From Utricularia gibba (Eukaryota; Plantae; Magnoliophyta), in assembly GCA_002189035.1 (NCBI GenBank), contig NEEC01000007.1:2790001-2854000 (forward strand): 64,000 nucleotides of DNA. Direction: 5' to 3'. The notes under the pieces are model-generated. The model was not told the DNA's origin. It did not search any database and worked only from the letters and a program-made list of their open reading frames with translations. The translations under genes were made by a program, and so were the position numbers. Shown here in pieces: positions 25,300 to 37,907 of the stretch. Every line of letters starts with the position of its first letter. Within the stretch, counting starts at the first letter, position 1.

Positions 25300-27415
25300 C
25301 TGGACAGACTTCAGGGGGAAAATGATTTGAGCAAACGACGGCTGATCCCATGAGGTAATTCAGTGATGGGAGATGAGGGCCACATGAGAGATCAGGGAGG
25401 ATCCCGGGAATGAATTCGAAGGCGTACTTACGTGGTTCAACAGTCTGTTATTATTTCTGGCACCATGGGATCCACAGTGGCGGGATTTCAAGGTGTCGTT
25501 CTTGGAATCCGACGGCTCCAACAGCCTGCATGGAATTGCACTTGGAGAGTTGGCAGCTCCCGCAATATGACAGCGTAGCTGTGCACATCAGATCTGCTTG
25601 TGACAAACCAAAAAAGTATACAAGATCGACAACCATGGTGGAAAACTAAACATATAGGCTCACCAGTCACTTCTCATGTGAAGGTTCGTTTGTTAGAACC
25701 TCTGGAGCCATCCACTCTGCCTACACATGGGACAACAAGAACCTAGTAACAATCAGAGTTCACAGCTTAGCAGGAAAACCCACAACTATATAATTCACAA
25801 GAAGCCATAGAAGTTGCAAAGGAACTCGACGAAGGAAGAAACTGCCAACTTAATTTGAACGTAGTCTTAAAACGAATTCAACAGAGGAACAAGGATTAGA
25901 AACTCAAATTATGACCTACAGAGCCATTCCATTCAGCTCTGTAGACCTCATAATATGACATGAAAAGCGCAGAATTTATGACAAGTTGGTACCCACAGGT
26001 AAAATTTTTTTTGTGAAAGCAATGCAATATACATCCGCGAAGATTGTAGGCTGAAGAAAATTGGCAAAGAAAACATGCAATTTTACAAGTAATAGGTAAA
26101 GAATTCAAATCACTAAAATGAACTTCCACAATTCTTACATATGCCGATCCCTTCACCAATCCGAAGATCCTCCCAGCCACCCCCATCAATCCTGGAATCA
26201 ATTTGAAAATTTTGAACTCTCCCAGTACTGCGATCAGCTGACGATAAGATAAGATAAGATACTGCGCATTCTCAGATGGATCCGCAAATCTTTAGCCAGC
26301 AGCATTGATATCATTTGATGTCAGTTCATTTTTAGATGTTACAGGCACACTTTGTTCTCTCAAAATACTGGACAATGGTACATCCCCAAAACTCCGCAAG
26401 TCAAACAGGTTTTCTCTGAAGGTTCATCTGAGAACGCACATTTATCCAAAAGAGCAGCATGAGAATCTTCATTTAAAACTGGTCCCTTAGCAGTAAAGCA
26501 GGAATTTTATTCCAACCATTTTCGCTTGCCACCACTAATCGAAACTTCCCACTCATGACTCAAATGCTCAATCTGGGTGTACAGTGCTTAAAGGTATATA
26601 CTCATCATCCGATTTCACCAAGTTTGCAGCACCTTCATCGGTTCCGATACAGCAACTCGCCTTCACTAGCTTACACGAAAGGTTGATTCGGTCAGGAAGA
26701 ACCTAGAAGCCAAGATTTACAATACAAGTTGAGGAAGCTGGTCCATGCATCAAGATTCGGTGAGCAAGGACCTAGGAAACCATGTATTCGATGCATTATC
26801 CAAAATGTAGCATTCCAAGGACATGCGAATGATTCACATCAGCTGGACGAATGACTAAGACGACCTCCTCTCCAACATCATCCAATATCGCAGGTTCCTC
26901 AAGTTCTTGCAGCGATGGAATTCTTGATCGGGAATCCGATTTTGAGTCCATCATAAAAACGTCACAAAATCCATCTATTACTTTCTCATCATCACAATTT
27001 ACAACATCATGCCACTGAATGAAAAAATCAAGCCATGAAACTAGATCAGAGCAACGACATCAAAATTGAATACTGAAAAATACCCAGTATCGCAGAGAAG
27101 GAAATTCCTCGAGATTTTGGGAATGCGAGCGGTCGAGGCTAATCGTTTTGGCAGCGTCAATTTGAGCTGTTGCCGAGTCAACCCCGGCCTTCATCGGAAA
27201 CACCAACTGCCAGCGCCAATTGCAATTCGAACTCTTCCTCAAAGAAACTAAAACGTCCATCACATATCGAATTCTCGTTCTCCGACGACACCAATGTTTG
27301 GGGCAAATCAGTGGCTGCAATCACGAACTTTGAGAGGACGCATCCAGCGCAGGATGACGCCGACGGTGGTCATGGTTCCCGATAACAAGTTTGCGCAAAA
27401 AATGACACGTTTCAT
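25300..27415 (-). pseudogene. EDR1/SIS8-type Raf-like MAPKKK pseudogene (most similar in motifs to At5g11850 as recalled)
   Basis: Relics in order: HFLRKL, FEEEFELQLALA, AQIDAAKTISL, SLRYW, DEKVIDGFCDV, VLPDRINLSCKLVK...GTDEGAANLVK, WEDLRIGEGIGI, YEVYRAEWNG, AEWMAPEVL.NEP, DVHSYAVIL, MQAVGAVGFQERHLEIP, PSFAQI. Several frameshifts and stops; the VAVKK to DFG part of the kinase was not found. Confidence 0.88.
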
Positions 27416-27776
27416 GGATCAAAAAAACGGCACCGAATCAGACACGATGGATTAATCACTCACTCCCCGACGATGATAGGGAAATTTGCAACCGCCAACA
27501 CGGTTTCAACCAGCCGCTTCGAAGCAAATCCGGTCCGCCCCACCCGGTTCAAAATCCAGTGGTCTTCGCAACCAAATCTCCGGCACATCTGACTATCAGA
27601 TATTCCCATACCCTCCAATCATAACCATATAATTAACACCATATAGTTTCAAGTTACTTATTCGGTTCTCTACTTCTTATATATCTTATTCTTTGACATT
27701 TCGACGTTTACTTCGAATGTATTAGAAAATTCACCACCATCCTTCAAGTGTAAACATCACATGTGTAAAAAAATTA

Positions 27777-28137
27777 GTCATAGTGTGTAAGATAGAAATG
27801 TAGGATAGTACAATTTCTTTATTTGAATGTGCGGACACCTACAATCAATCAAAACTTGTTCAACAATAATATTTTGTATTTAACTCAAGTAAATGAAAGC
27901 TACATTATAAGCATATCTTATGATGTTGTAATGGTATACACTTTCTCTTGTCATAGTGTATGATGAAAAAAGATAAAATAGTCCAATTTGCTTATTTAAA
28001 TGTGTCGACACCTACAATCAATTGAGCCTTTCAACAATAATATACGAGTTTGACACAAAGTTTATTTAAATACTATAGCATTTAACTCAAGTGAATGTAA
28101 GTTGCATTAGAAGTGTATCTTGTAATACTGTTAGAAT
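27777..28137. repeat. Degenerate tandem duplication, about 173-bp unit x2
   Basis: GTCATAGTG at 27777 and 27950; shared GACACCTACAATCAAT, TTCAACAATAATAT and ATTTAACTCAAGT blocks in both copies. Confidence 0.7.
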
Positions 28138-28196
28138 TCCAAGGAGTCAAATAATTTCTCATACTTAAATCATCTTTCCCAGATTTTTCTCCAACC

Positions 28197-30537
28197 ATGG
28201 CCAAAAGAGCCCGGAATCCTCCAGTTCTGTGCGCCTCCTCCCTCCTCCTCCTCTTCCTCATCTTCTGCTGGTTGAACACTCGGCTCACCATCTTCTCCCC
28301 CTCCACGATCTCCCCCGGCGGAGACCTCGCTGTATGATCACGAATGAATACATTTGATATGTTCAGAAGAGTAGACGCTAACAGTGCATTTCATGCAGAT
28401 CATCCGAAGAACGGGGATTGAGGAGGGTTTAGGGAGAGCCCGCACTGCGATCCGTGAAGCAGCGAGGGCGCAGTCCTACAACGCGTATGGCAAGAACCAG
28501 ACGTTCGTTCCCAGAGGCGCCGTTTACAGAAACGCCTTCGCCTTTCATCAGTTAAGAATCTCTTCCTGACTTCATCTTCAATGGCGGCTCACAGATAATA
28601 TCATCAGTGCGTGTGTAAAGTACAAGGGTTACCATTTTTTGATTGTGATGGAAATAGGGAGAATTTAAAAATAATAAAGGAGTAGTATAATAGAATAATA
28701 ATATTATTATTATAACAAGATTTCGATATTATGCATCAAAAAGTAGGTCAAAGATGGATTTGAAATTTTGCATTAGTGGCATAATTCCAAATTTTAAAGA
28801 TATCCAATTTTAGGGTTTAGGGTTTGTTGGTTAAACCCTATCAACTTAGATACTTGGGTTGAATCAAATTTTGCATTAGTTGTGTAATTCCCAATTTAAA
28901 GATGTCTAGTTTTAATATTTAGTGTTTAGGGTTTGTTGGTTAAATCCTATCAAATTCGATACTCAAATCAAATCAAATTTTGCATGAGTGGTATAATTCC
29001 AAATTTTAAAGATATCCAATTTTAGGGTTTAGGGTTTGTTGGTTAAACCCTATCAACTTAGATACTTGGGTTGAATCAAATTTTGCATTAGTTGTGTAAT
29101 TCCCAATTTAAAGATGTCTAGTTTTAATATTTAGTGTTTAGGGTTTGTTGGTTAAATCCTATCAAATTCGATACTCAAATCAAATCAAATTTTGCATGAG
29201 TGGTATAATTCCCAATTTTAAAGATGTCTAATTTTCGGATTTCAAGTTTAGGGTTTGTTGGTTAAATCTGATCAAATTCAATACTCGGATCGAATCAATG
29301 GATTAGTTAACAATTGTTAATTAAAAATATGGGAAATAATGAGTAGATGTGTGTTTTTTTAATTGGTTAAATAAGAATATTGCAATTGGACTGACTATTT
29401 TACCGCTAAACCTCTTATTATTTGATTTGCAATATTTTTCAGAAGTTATATTGAGATGGAGAAGAGATTCAAAATCTGGGTGTACGAACATGGAGAGCCC
29501 CCGTTGTTTCATGGGGGGCCTATGAAAGAGATTTACTCCATTGAAGGCCACCTCATCGACCACCTCGAGTCGCCGGAGAGTCCGTTTGCCGCCGCGAGCC
29601 CCGACGAAGCTCATGTCTTCTTCCTTCCAATCAGCATTGCTAAGATCGTGCATTTTCTCTATCTCCCCCGCAGTGACTACCACCGGGGTCGTCTCCACCG
29701 GGTCGCCGATGATTATCTCTTCGTTGCATCCCAGAAATACCTGTACTGGAACCGGAGCGACGGGGCTGATCATTTCTTCGCTTCGTGTCATGATTGGGTG
29801 AGTATGAAAAAATGATTTTCTTTTTTTTTTTTTTCATTCTGGTCTTTGATTACTTGAATTTTGTGTAGGCACCGGAGATTTCTCTTTCAAGGCCACAATT
29901 CAAGAATCTAATTCGAGTACTCTGCAATGCTAACACCTCCGAAGGGTTTGACCCGAGAAGGGACGCCACGTTGCCGGAAATCAAAATAGGGTATAACCTC
30001 ACGCCTTTGGGTCTCAAGAAAATTCCTGGCGGTGAACGTCCAATTCTCGCTTCCTTCGCGGGAGGCATCCACGGTGATGTGAGAAAGAGACTATTCGAGT
30101 ACTGGAGAGACAAAGACAAGGACATCCAAGTACACGAATATCTCCCTAGGAACATGAATTACGCAAAAATGCTATCGAAATCCAAGTTCTGCATCTGCCC
30201 AAGCGGATATGAAGTTGCGAGCCCGAGGTTGGTTGAATCTTTTCACGCTGGGTGTGTGCCCGTGATTGTCTCCGATGGTTATTCGTTGCCGTTCAGCGAC
30301 GTTCTTGACTGGACCCAATTTTCGGTGTATGTTCCGGTGGAAAAGATACCTGAGATGAAGAAGATCTTGCTGGGGATTGGGGAAGATGAATACAGGGAGA
30401 AGCAAGAACAAGTTTTTAAGGTGAAAATGCACTTTGAGTTTCATCGTCCTCCGCAGCCTTATGATCTGCTGAATATGGTGATTCATTCTGTTTGGCTTAG
30501 GAGGCTTAATTTGAGGTTAAGTCATGGGATTCAGTAG
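28197..30537 (+). CDS. Exostosin-family (GT47) glycosyltransferase, 4 exons (28197-28331, 28399-28550, 29443-29797, 29869-30537)
   Basis: N-terminal membrane anchor; [104 protein letters not shown]. Phases are consistent and the ORF is intact. Confidence 0.93.
28763..29296 (+). repeat. Intronic minisatellite: five 103-110 bp monomers arranged A-B-A-B-C, each with telomeric TTTAGGG
   Basis: Monomer starts (AAATTTTGCAT) at 28763, 28866, 28975, 29078 and 29187; lengths 103, 109, 103, 109 and 110, giving a 212-bp dimer period. Lies inside intron 2 of the exostosin gene. Confidence 0.92.
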
Positions 30538-30679
30538 CTTTTTTTTTTTTTTTTCTTTCTGTATAGAATCCTCGAAGGCCTTCGACTGTTTTAGTAGAAA
30601 ATGCACTTTTGATGCAGCAAAGAAATGGAAAGATTTGATTCGTATAGCCATCTTCTAGAGTTGAATGTTACAGTTTGCT

Positions 30680-33398
30680 TTAGGTGGTGAGAATGGGAGG
30701 AAGATAATCCGACTTCGTCCCAAGAACACGAGCTTTTGTATCAGGGAAGCATTCGAGTCCCGGAATGGCACTGATCTCTCCATCGGCGGAGATCCTCACT
30801 GGGTAGCTAAGGAGATGCCCTGGAAGATCATCATGAAGCGTTTGGATTGAGTACAAATTCCAATTTTGATCAGCCACATCCCTCACATTTCTAACACATT
30901 CCATGCTTTCGGGCTGAAGAAACGTGTCGCTTTCACGCAGAAGATGCTCCGACCAAAGGGCCATCCTGAAGCCAAATATTTGGCCTCTTGCTGATCCCTT
31001 AGAGGCAATGTGTCGTGGTTGAAAGCCTCCCATTGCAATTTCAGTATCTCTTGCCCCATCCATTGATCTTTGGTTTATGTTGGCTGATCCAATGATTATG
31101 TATTCATCGTCAACTGTTGAATGAAAAGAAAGAAAGAGCAGAAACAGTCGTAGGTGAATGGATCTTGATTGAAAATAGTCTGCAAGATGGTTTATTGAAA
31201 TGTTACCTATCATCATTTTTGAGTGAACGTAGATCATGAATCGTCTGGCGTCTTGTGCTCGTTTGTAATCAGTATCAGGCTCTGGGTATTCCTGAGGATT
31301 ATGTTCTTCAGGGGTCTTGATCTCTCTGTTGCCTAAGCAGAAAAACATTAGATAGTCTCTCAAGTCTGCATTCTGGATCCCCTTGGTCTTCAAGGCATTA
31401 GCGATATCTGTGTACATCATTTCGATTGTTCTTCTCTGCCAGTCTAAAATTGCTTGAACTGAATTGCTATCAGGGATGCCTTCTGGCCACATTGGAAGTA
31501 CAACATAGACGGCAAATCGTTCTCCATCTTGAATCTTGCTCACTATCTTCAATGAAAGTTCCTTCGGTATGAGGTTTAGTGCATTGATCTCTTCAAGCTT
31601 GATGCCATCTTTCTGCTTCCATTCATATGAGCTTCCTATGAAGTATTGGTTTTCAATATATATGAAGTTTTTTGCTCTGCGGATGGCATTGATGTAGGCA
31701 TCTTGGATGCTTCTGTCTATCACTTTATCCTTCCCCATGATGAGACCTAACTCTGCTGCTTTACTTGGGCTATCTGGGAAATCAAAAGCTGCTGCACCAT
31801 CTATTGATCTGAATATTTGTATGTTCCATGCTTCAGGATCTTGAGAAAATGTGACTTCCGTGGGACGAGCGATGTATCTGTTGTCAAGGTCATTGATTGT
31901 GAAAAGATATTGGCTACCAACCTGTTTCTTCCACCTCTGCTCAAAGTTGTACAGCACGTCCCAAGCAGCCGATCCTTCAATACGGCAGTGGATATCATGC
32001 CATGGCTCCCTCGGGCCGCCTTTCGTGATTGAAGCTCCGGGGAAGTTTGGCTGATGAAAGTCATCCCGGTGGACATTCTCCAGAGTCCTGAAAAGCGAGT
32101 GATCCTTGGTATCATATCTTCCATCACAGAGATCAATTCCTCCAAGGAAACTAACGATGGTTCTCTTTCTTGACTGTCCTCCGGGGAGCTCACTGTCCAC
32201 CACCACTGTCTTTTGGTGATGAGTGAACATGGTGGAAACCTGAATCCCTTGGAAAATGCTTGCTTCCCTGTCAGGATTCCTAGGACATAAAACACAGTGC
32301 ACGTTGGTGTTCTGAAAGTAGTCTTTCGTCTCTTGATCGTGGGTTGCCATCAGCCCATCTTTCTTGAAGTCCGCAACAGAAGTTCTGTCATCCCACACGA
32401 GCATCAGTACATTCACACCCTCATCTGCCTTCCTGGTCAGCAGCTCTCCCAGAGTCATCTCCCCGCCCGGTCTCCGTGCTTCCCTGTCACGGATCAGCGT
32501 GATCTTTGTGTAAATGGACCATCCAGCGATATATATCAAGTGTTTCGCGTTTGCAATGGCATCAAATATGTCCTCCCAGCAACACTGAGGCTTGAAGTAT
32601 CCCTTGGACATAAGAAACTGAGTCACATCATCATTTATCATGTGAGCATCAGGGTAAAGTGTAACTCTGCATCCTTGTCTCTGCTTGAAGAATGTGTTGG
32701 GCACCCCACCGAAAGTTGGTGTTTTGATCCCCTGAGACCAGTTACCATCCTCATGAGCATGAAAAAACTGCAGCTTTACATGGAGTTTTGAACCCCCATG
32801 TACAGGATTCATGTCTTCATCCAGTATCTGAAGCCATCTGTCGACGGCTCGTTGCCCTCGCAGCATCTCTTCAACAGGCAAGTAAGCTCTCCCAATCACC
32901 CTTGCTCCCACAGGATCATTGTACTTTACAGTGAAAATCACATTAGAAACTGTGTGAGCGCAGTAGATATGAAAACTTTCATTCCACTGTGGATTTGAAC
33001 CTGCCATCATTCGAGTCCGCCCCACCCTCGCCTTGTCTAAATCAATGGTAGCATAGATCCTCGACTCTCCAAGCTGCCAAAGTTTGCTCTTTCATCAGCA
33101 GGAAAGCTGGAAAACTCTTGTCTCAAAGACTCTATGGACATACCTCAGACCAGCAAGACATAATCTTCCTTACTTGTGACCAGAGCCCTTCATTTATCTT
33201 TTGTGAACTCTTATCCTTTATCATGATCAGAACACAGGATCACAGCAACAGTTTGAGACAAAGAATGGAGAAAAGAGGTTATAAACTGAAATTTGGGCGT
33301 ACCCTGCCACAGAGATCCGAGGTAAATAGCCTTCTTTTCAATCTATCAACTTCAAAAATGGTTGCATGGATTGTACCATGGATCACAGAAGCAGCCAT
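30680..33398 (-). CDS. PLDalpha3: Phospholipase D alpha (PLDalpha3-like); exons 33398-33303, about 33215-33144, 33074-31207, 31113-30680
   Basis: [20 protein letters not shown]...LCGR start; C2 domain [16 protein letters not shown]...[14 protein letters not shown]; HKD motifs HHQKTVVVD and [11 protein letters not shown]; C-terminus [20 protein letters not shown]. The alpha3 subclass is inferred from the N-terminus and neighbouring genes. Confidence 0.93.
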
Positions 33399-34096
33399 TG
33401 CATGAAACCTTCTTTCTTCTGCATCTGCGTACGTATGTATATATACGTACATACATGTTTTAGGAAAGGAGTACACAAAAAGGTAAGCATAGCGTTTGTC
33501 TTTGAGGTGAAGAAATGGATGATTGGTGAAGTTGGGTAAGCTGGAAAATTGCGAGGGAGGGAATCTCAAGCATAGAATGCAAGTTTCCTGAGTTTGAGGA
33601 GCTGAGATGCTTGCAGATTCCTCCAAAAATACTTATGCGATCCATTGTCGATTCTGTGTTTGAACATCCAGCCTTTTTCGTTCATTGCCATGTCGCAGCT
33701 GATTTTTTCTCTTTGTATTCTATGTTTAATGAATTATTAATCCACCTATAAATGGAATGCAACTAGAGATTTAGGATTGATGGATGATTGCATGTGTTAC
33801 ATTTTAACCCCTTCTCTTATTTATTTAAAATTCTTAATATTATCATTATTTTCTATCTTTCAATTTATTCTTTAATTTCAATACAAAATTTTTTAAATGT
33901 ACATTTATTTTTAAGTACTAATATTTATCAGTCACCACAATCCAAAACTAAAATCCTGTATCAGTTTTAAATTTAATGTATTTAATTTACATAAATATTA
34001 AAATAAAGAATATTAAAAATACTCTCTCACTAATCAAAAAAATAAAAAATATTAAAATTAATAAAATAATTTTTATAGTTCATCAAAAAGACATAA

Positions 34097-34573
34097 TGTT
34101 GATGGGGTAAGAATCTGATGAGGATAATCGATCTCTGAAAAGCTGTCAAAAGGTGCACTAACGGGAAATTGTCGGCCGACAGATCGATATGTGTCAGAGA
34201 TACAGTTTGAAAACCGGCTGAATTACGGCAGAGCAGATGATGATTTGTTGAAAAGCCGGATTATAGTACAAGCATGGAAAGCAACCGGTAACCACATGAG
34301 TCATGATTCGGTCAGATCGATTTCTTTTATAAGTAGGAGAAATCTTGAATGAAAACGGGTTCGGTCCTGGACTTTCCAACTTGTATTTCCTCTACTCACC
34401 TTCGTCTAATGAAGATTTTCTCTGATGAGCTCTGATAGTTTTGTAGTTTTTCCGCCCTTTGACGGTTTCCACGTAAAAAATCTTCACCTCTCTTTATTTC
34501 GGTGAACCACGTCAAACCACGCATCCAAACCATACCCGGATCCAGCCCACTCGACCATTTTCATGAACTAACA
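34097..34573 (+). mobile_element. Putative solo LTR
   Basis: Starts TGTTGA and ends CTAACA, internal TATA-like TTATAAGTAGG, GC higher than the flanks, non-coding. No matching target-site duplication (CATAA vs ATCGA). Confidence 0.4.
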
Positions 34574-35011
34574 ATCGATTCTAATTTCAGTATCAATTTT
34601 CACGCTTAACAAATGTAAAAGAGTATAAATGAAAAATAAGAATTAGTATAAATGTATAATTAATAACAGTATAATTTAAAAGACATAGTATTAATAAAAT
34701 TAGTATAATTTTGCATTTATACTAATTCATCAAAAAGACATTATTATATCTAGGTTGTATAAAGAGCATCTGGAATGATTATATTTTGCAGTAACAACAT
34801 AGAAGAGGTCATTGGAAAGAGCATGCAGCTGGGTGCCAGGTTAATGTGTTGAGTCTGAATGCTTAACTACTGTGGAAATGTGCAGTTTTTTTGGCTAGGT
34901 GTCAATGGGGTTGCTTCCTTTTATCTGCAGAAGACTTCATCTTTTGAACTTGCTGTTCCATCCTAACTTTACTTCTTCCAAACAATCTGAAAGTAGTGTG
35001 ATCTTGAACTT

Positions 35012-37907
35012 CTAACTGGACTGGAAGACGCCCTGAGTGTCACCCAGTTGCTGGAAATATGGATGGATGCGAGCAACTTCCTGGAGGTATAGCGGTGTCT
35101 GCATTTCAACCAACCTGGAAACCTGCACCACGCATCACAAGTTGACAGCCCACATTTTTGGATTCCTCCCATTGTCTGGTTTCTGGGATTTCGAGAAGGA
35201 AAGCAAACTCACCGCTCTCCGGAAGGCGAACATCTCCTCTTGACCGGAAAGCAGTGAAACGATCGTGGATGGTGCACCTCCGGAACTCACACTGCCTTGC
35301 GACAATACGTCGCGTCTCAGCTTCGTGTCCTCCGTTTCTGTTTCGAACTGGAAGCTGAAAGCATGAGAGGTTTAAGGTTAAATGCGGAGAGGCATCATTG
35401 ATCATCCATCATGGTGGACTTGCCTCTCAAGGTCAAACAGTGTTCCCTCTTCAGTTCCTTGAAATAGGTCATCGATGGAAGCCGCGGCGGAGCAAATCAG
35501 ACGGCAATGATGGTTGTACAGTTCATCTATAAGGGTGATGAATCTCCTCGCCTGAAACAATCCCAGTTCCTTTCTACTTAAAAGAGAAGCACTTGGATCA
35601 CAAGGCAGAAGAGAAGTGCTGTCCTGTTACCTTGTCCCTGATGCGCATGCTCATGACTGGAATGTCTGATATGAACACTGTGTGGAAGGCTTTAGCAATG
35701 GCAATATAATCAGCTGCACCAGTCTGTAAATTGTGGTATATGAATGCTTTCCTTGAACACAAATGCAACGAGAAAAAGCATACCGGCTGACCGCACAGAT
35801 ATTCAAATGTGAACCTTGCTATCCCGGCACAGCTCTGCTTGGCTTCTAATGTTCTGAAGAACATGCAGAAACCCCTTGTAAAGTGAGCGGTTTACTGTGA
35901 AAAAAAGATGGCATGCAGCTCTTACCTCCCGAACATCACTTCGAGAGACCGAGGAGCCACCATCCCACCTGCCTCTCTTGCAACCTTCTCCCACATGTTG
36001 TCGAATTCCATTGTTGTGTTCTGGTCTAGGGGCCAAAAATAATGAATCTGAAAGATACCCAGATACTTTATCAGCCATGGGGTTTGCAATGAAAACACTG
36101 GAATTGTGGTGTTGGTCCGGAAAAGCTTGCCTGATCAGTTGAACTTCCTGCTATAAGCCGACGGTAATCAATTTCATTTCCAATTAGGATATTGTCACAA
36201 TGCTGCTCCAATCTTGCCAAGAACTCCTGAAATATTTCCTTTTGCATCCCATCCTGGAGGACATGCAGAAGGATGTAGAAGAGGAAGGAGAAGTGAGTGC
36301 TTTGACAGAAAATGAGACAAGTTCGAAAAAGGATGCCTGGTTCAAGTCTGTTGGTGCACGGTTGCTGGTGGCCACAAGTACTGTCCCAGTATCCAGAAGT
36401 CTGCTTATGATCCCCGATAAAGCCACAACAGCAAAAACATCAACCGTCTGCAAAAGGGAGATCCAAGAATGACCATCTCTTGCAATTTGCTAAAACCGAG
36501 ATGATGATACTGATCTAAACCTGTATTTCATCAAAGCAGAGGATACTCGCCCCTTTTCTACGGCCTTGTCCATTGACAAGAAACTTATCAGCAACTGCTG
36601 GAAGGATGTTTTTCATGCTCATCTCTTGTTTGTATCTTTCTTCCTCAACTAACCATTCTTTGATCCTAGTGTCAAAAGGAAGGCTCATGACCCACTTCAG
36701 AATGTTAGATTGCGGGGAGGTTTCAGCTTCCTGACTCTTCCATACTTTATGCATCAGATCATGAATTTGAAGCATAGCCTAACCAAGTTAAATAAAGCTA
36801 GCACACTGAGTACATTTCCTGACATGATGAACAGCTTTTTCTCAAGCACTTGCCTCATGAAAGTGGAGCCTTCTCCGGTGTTGAACAATACCTTCCGTGG
36901 CTGCATAGAATATATCCATCAGCATCGTCTTCCCTGCATCCACAAAAAAGGAGATACTTTGTACATGACCTTATTCAATATCAAAGGAATTCCAGCAGCA
37001 AATTGTAGGATTGATGTTGCAGCAGACCACTTCCAACATGGCCATGAATATATAGTCCCCGGGGAGCTGGAGGTGCAATTGGACGCCTCCCAACAAGTGA
37101 ATCTAGTTTCCTTTCTCTGTTAAGATAGGACACCCATTTTCCGACACCGGGTTCGACAGTAACTGATTTTCTGCAGAATCCCAAAAAATGCAGTAACCAT
37201 AGGAGCAGAAACAAGCTCAAGAATCACTCATTGGTTAAGGCTCACCGTGCAGGCATCAATCTTCGGAAGAAGCTCAGCCGTTTCTTTGCATTTGCTAGTT
37301 CGCCTCCTTCATGTTTTGTCTGTGCTTCTTCCAACAGTAGTCTTCGTCGCTCTATTTCTCGAGCCTCTTCCCATTTAGCAAGGTTGACCTTCAGAACACA
37401 AACAGACAGATAACAGACGATGGAGCTTAAAGATAACAACGTTCATCCATTAGAAGTCCCTACATGGTATTGCTCCATATCCTCCTCATACTGTACCAGC
37501 CTCCCATGTAGATTATCCAATTCCAGAGCAATTTTCTCCTGATAAGAATCATGTTTCAACTTCCCTTGATCAATCAAGCATTTATAGTACCACAGCGGAC
37601 CTGGAAAACATTACAGAAAACAATTACTTCATGTTTCTATCAAGTGCAAAAACACAGATCCCCCAGAATTTCATAACAGAGGCCCAAAAAACAAGAACAC
37701 AATAATCGCCCATGGTAACAAATCCAAAAAATGATCACATTACAGAATGGTGAGTCAAGTACAAGCAGCGGATGAATTTACAAACCAACCTTGCCGCACG
37801 GAGAGAGTGGAATTTCGCCGATGATAGCAAAGCTGGAATTGGGCTGAGCCAAGTTCTTGGGTCCGGGTGATGAATCGTGAACACAGAAATGAATACAAAT
37901 TCCTCAT
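35012..37907 (-). CDS. AFG1/ZapE-like (LACE1-type) ATPase, 14 exons, with GC-AG introns
   Basis: GPLWYYKCLIDQGKL.HD.YQE, VEPGVGKWVSYLNRERKLD, Walker A GLYIHGHVGSGKTMLMD, Walker B ILCFDEIQ, VLVATSNRAP, DYRRL, GAADYIAIA, ARRFITLIDELY, RLVEMQTPLYL. Resembles Arabidopsis At2g25530 as recalled. Confidence 0.93.

Noticed and set aside
28763-29296. CRISPR-like array
   Set aside because: No unique spacers, whole units are duplicated, no cas genes, and the context is a eukaryotic intron.
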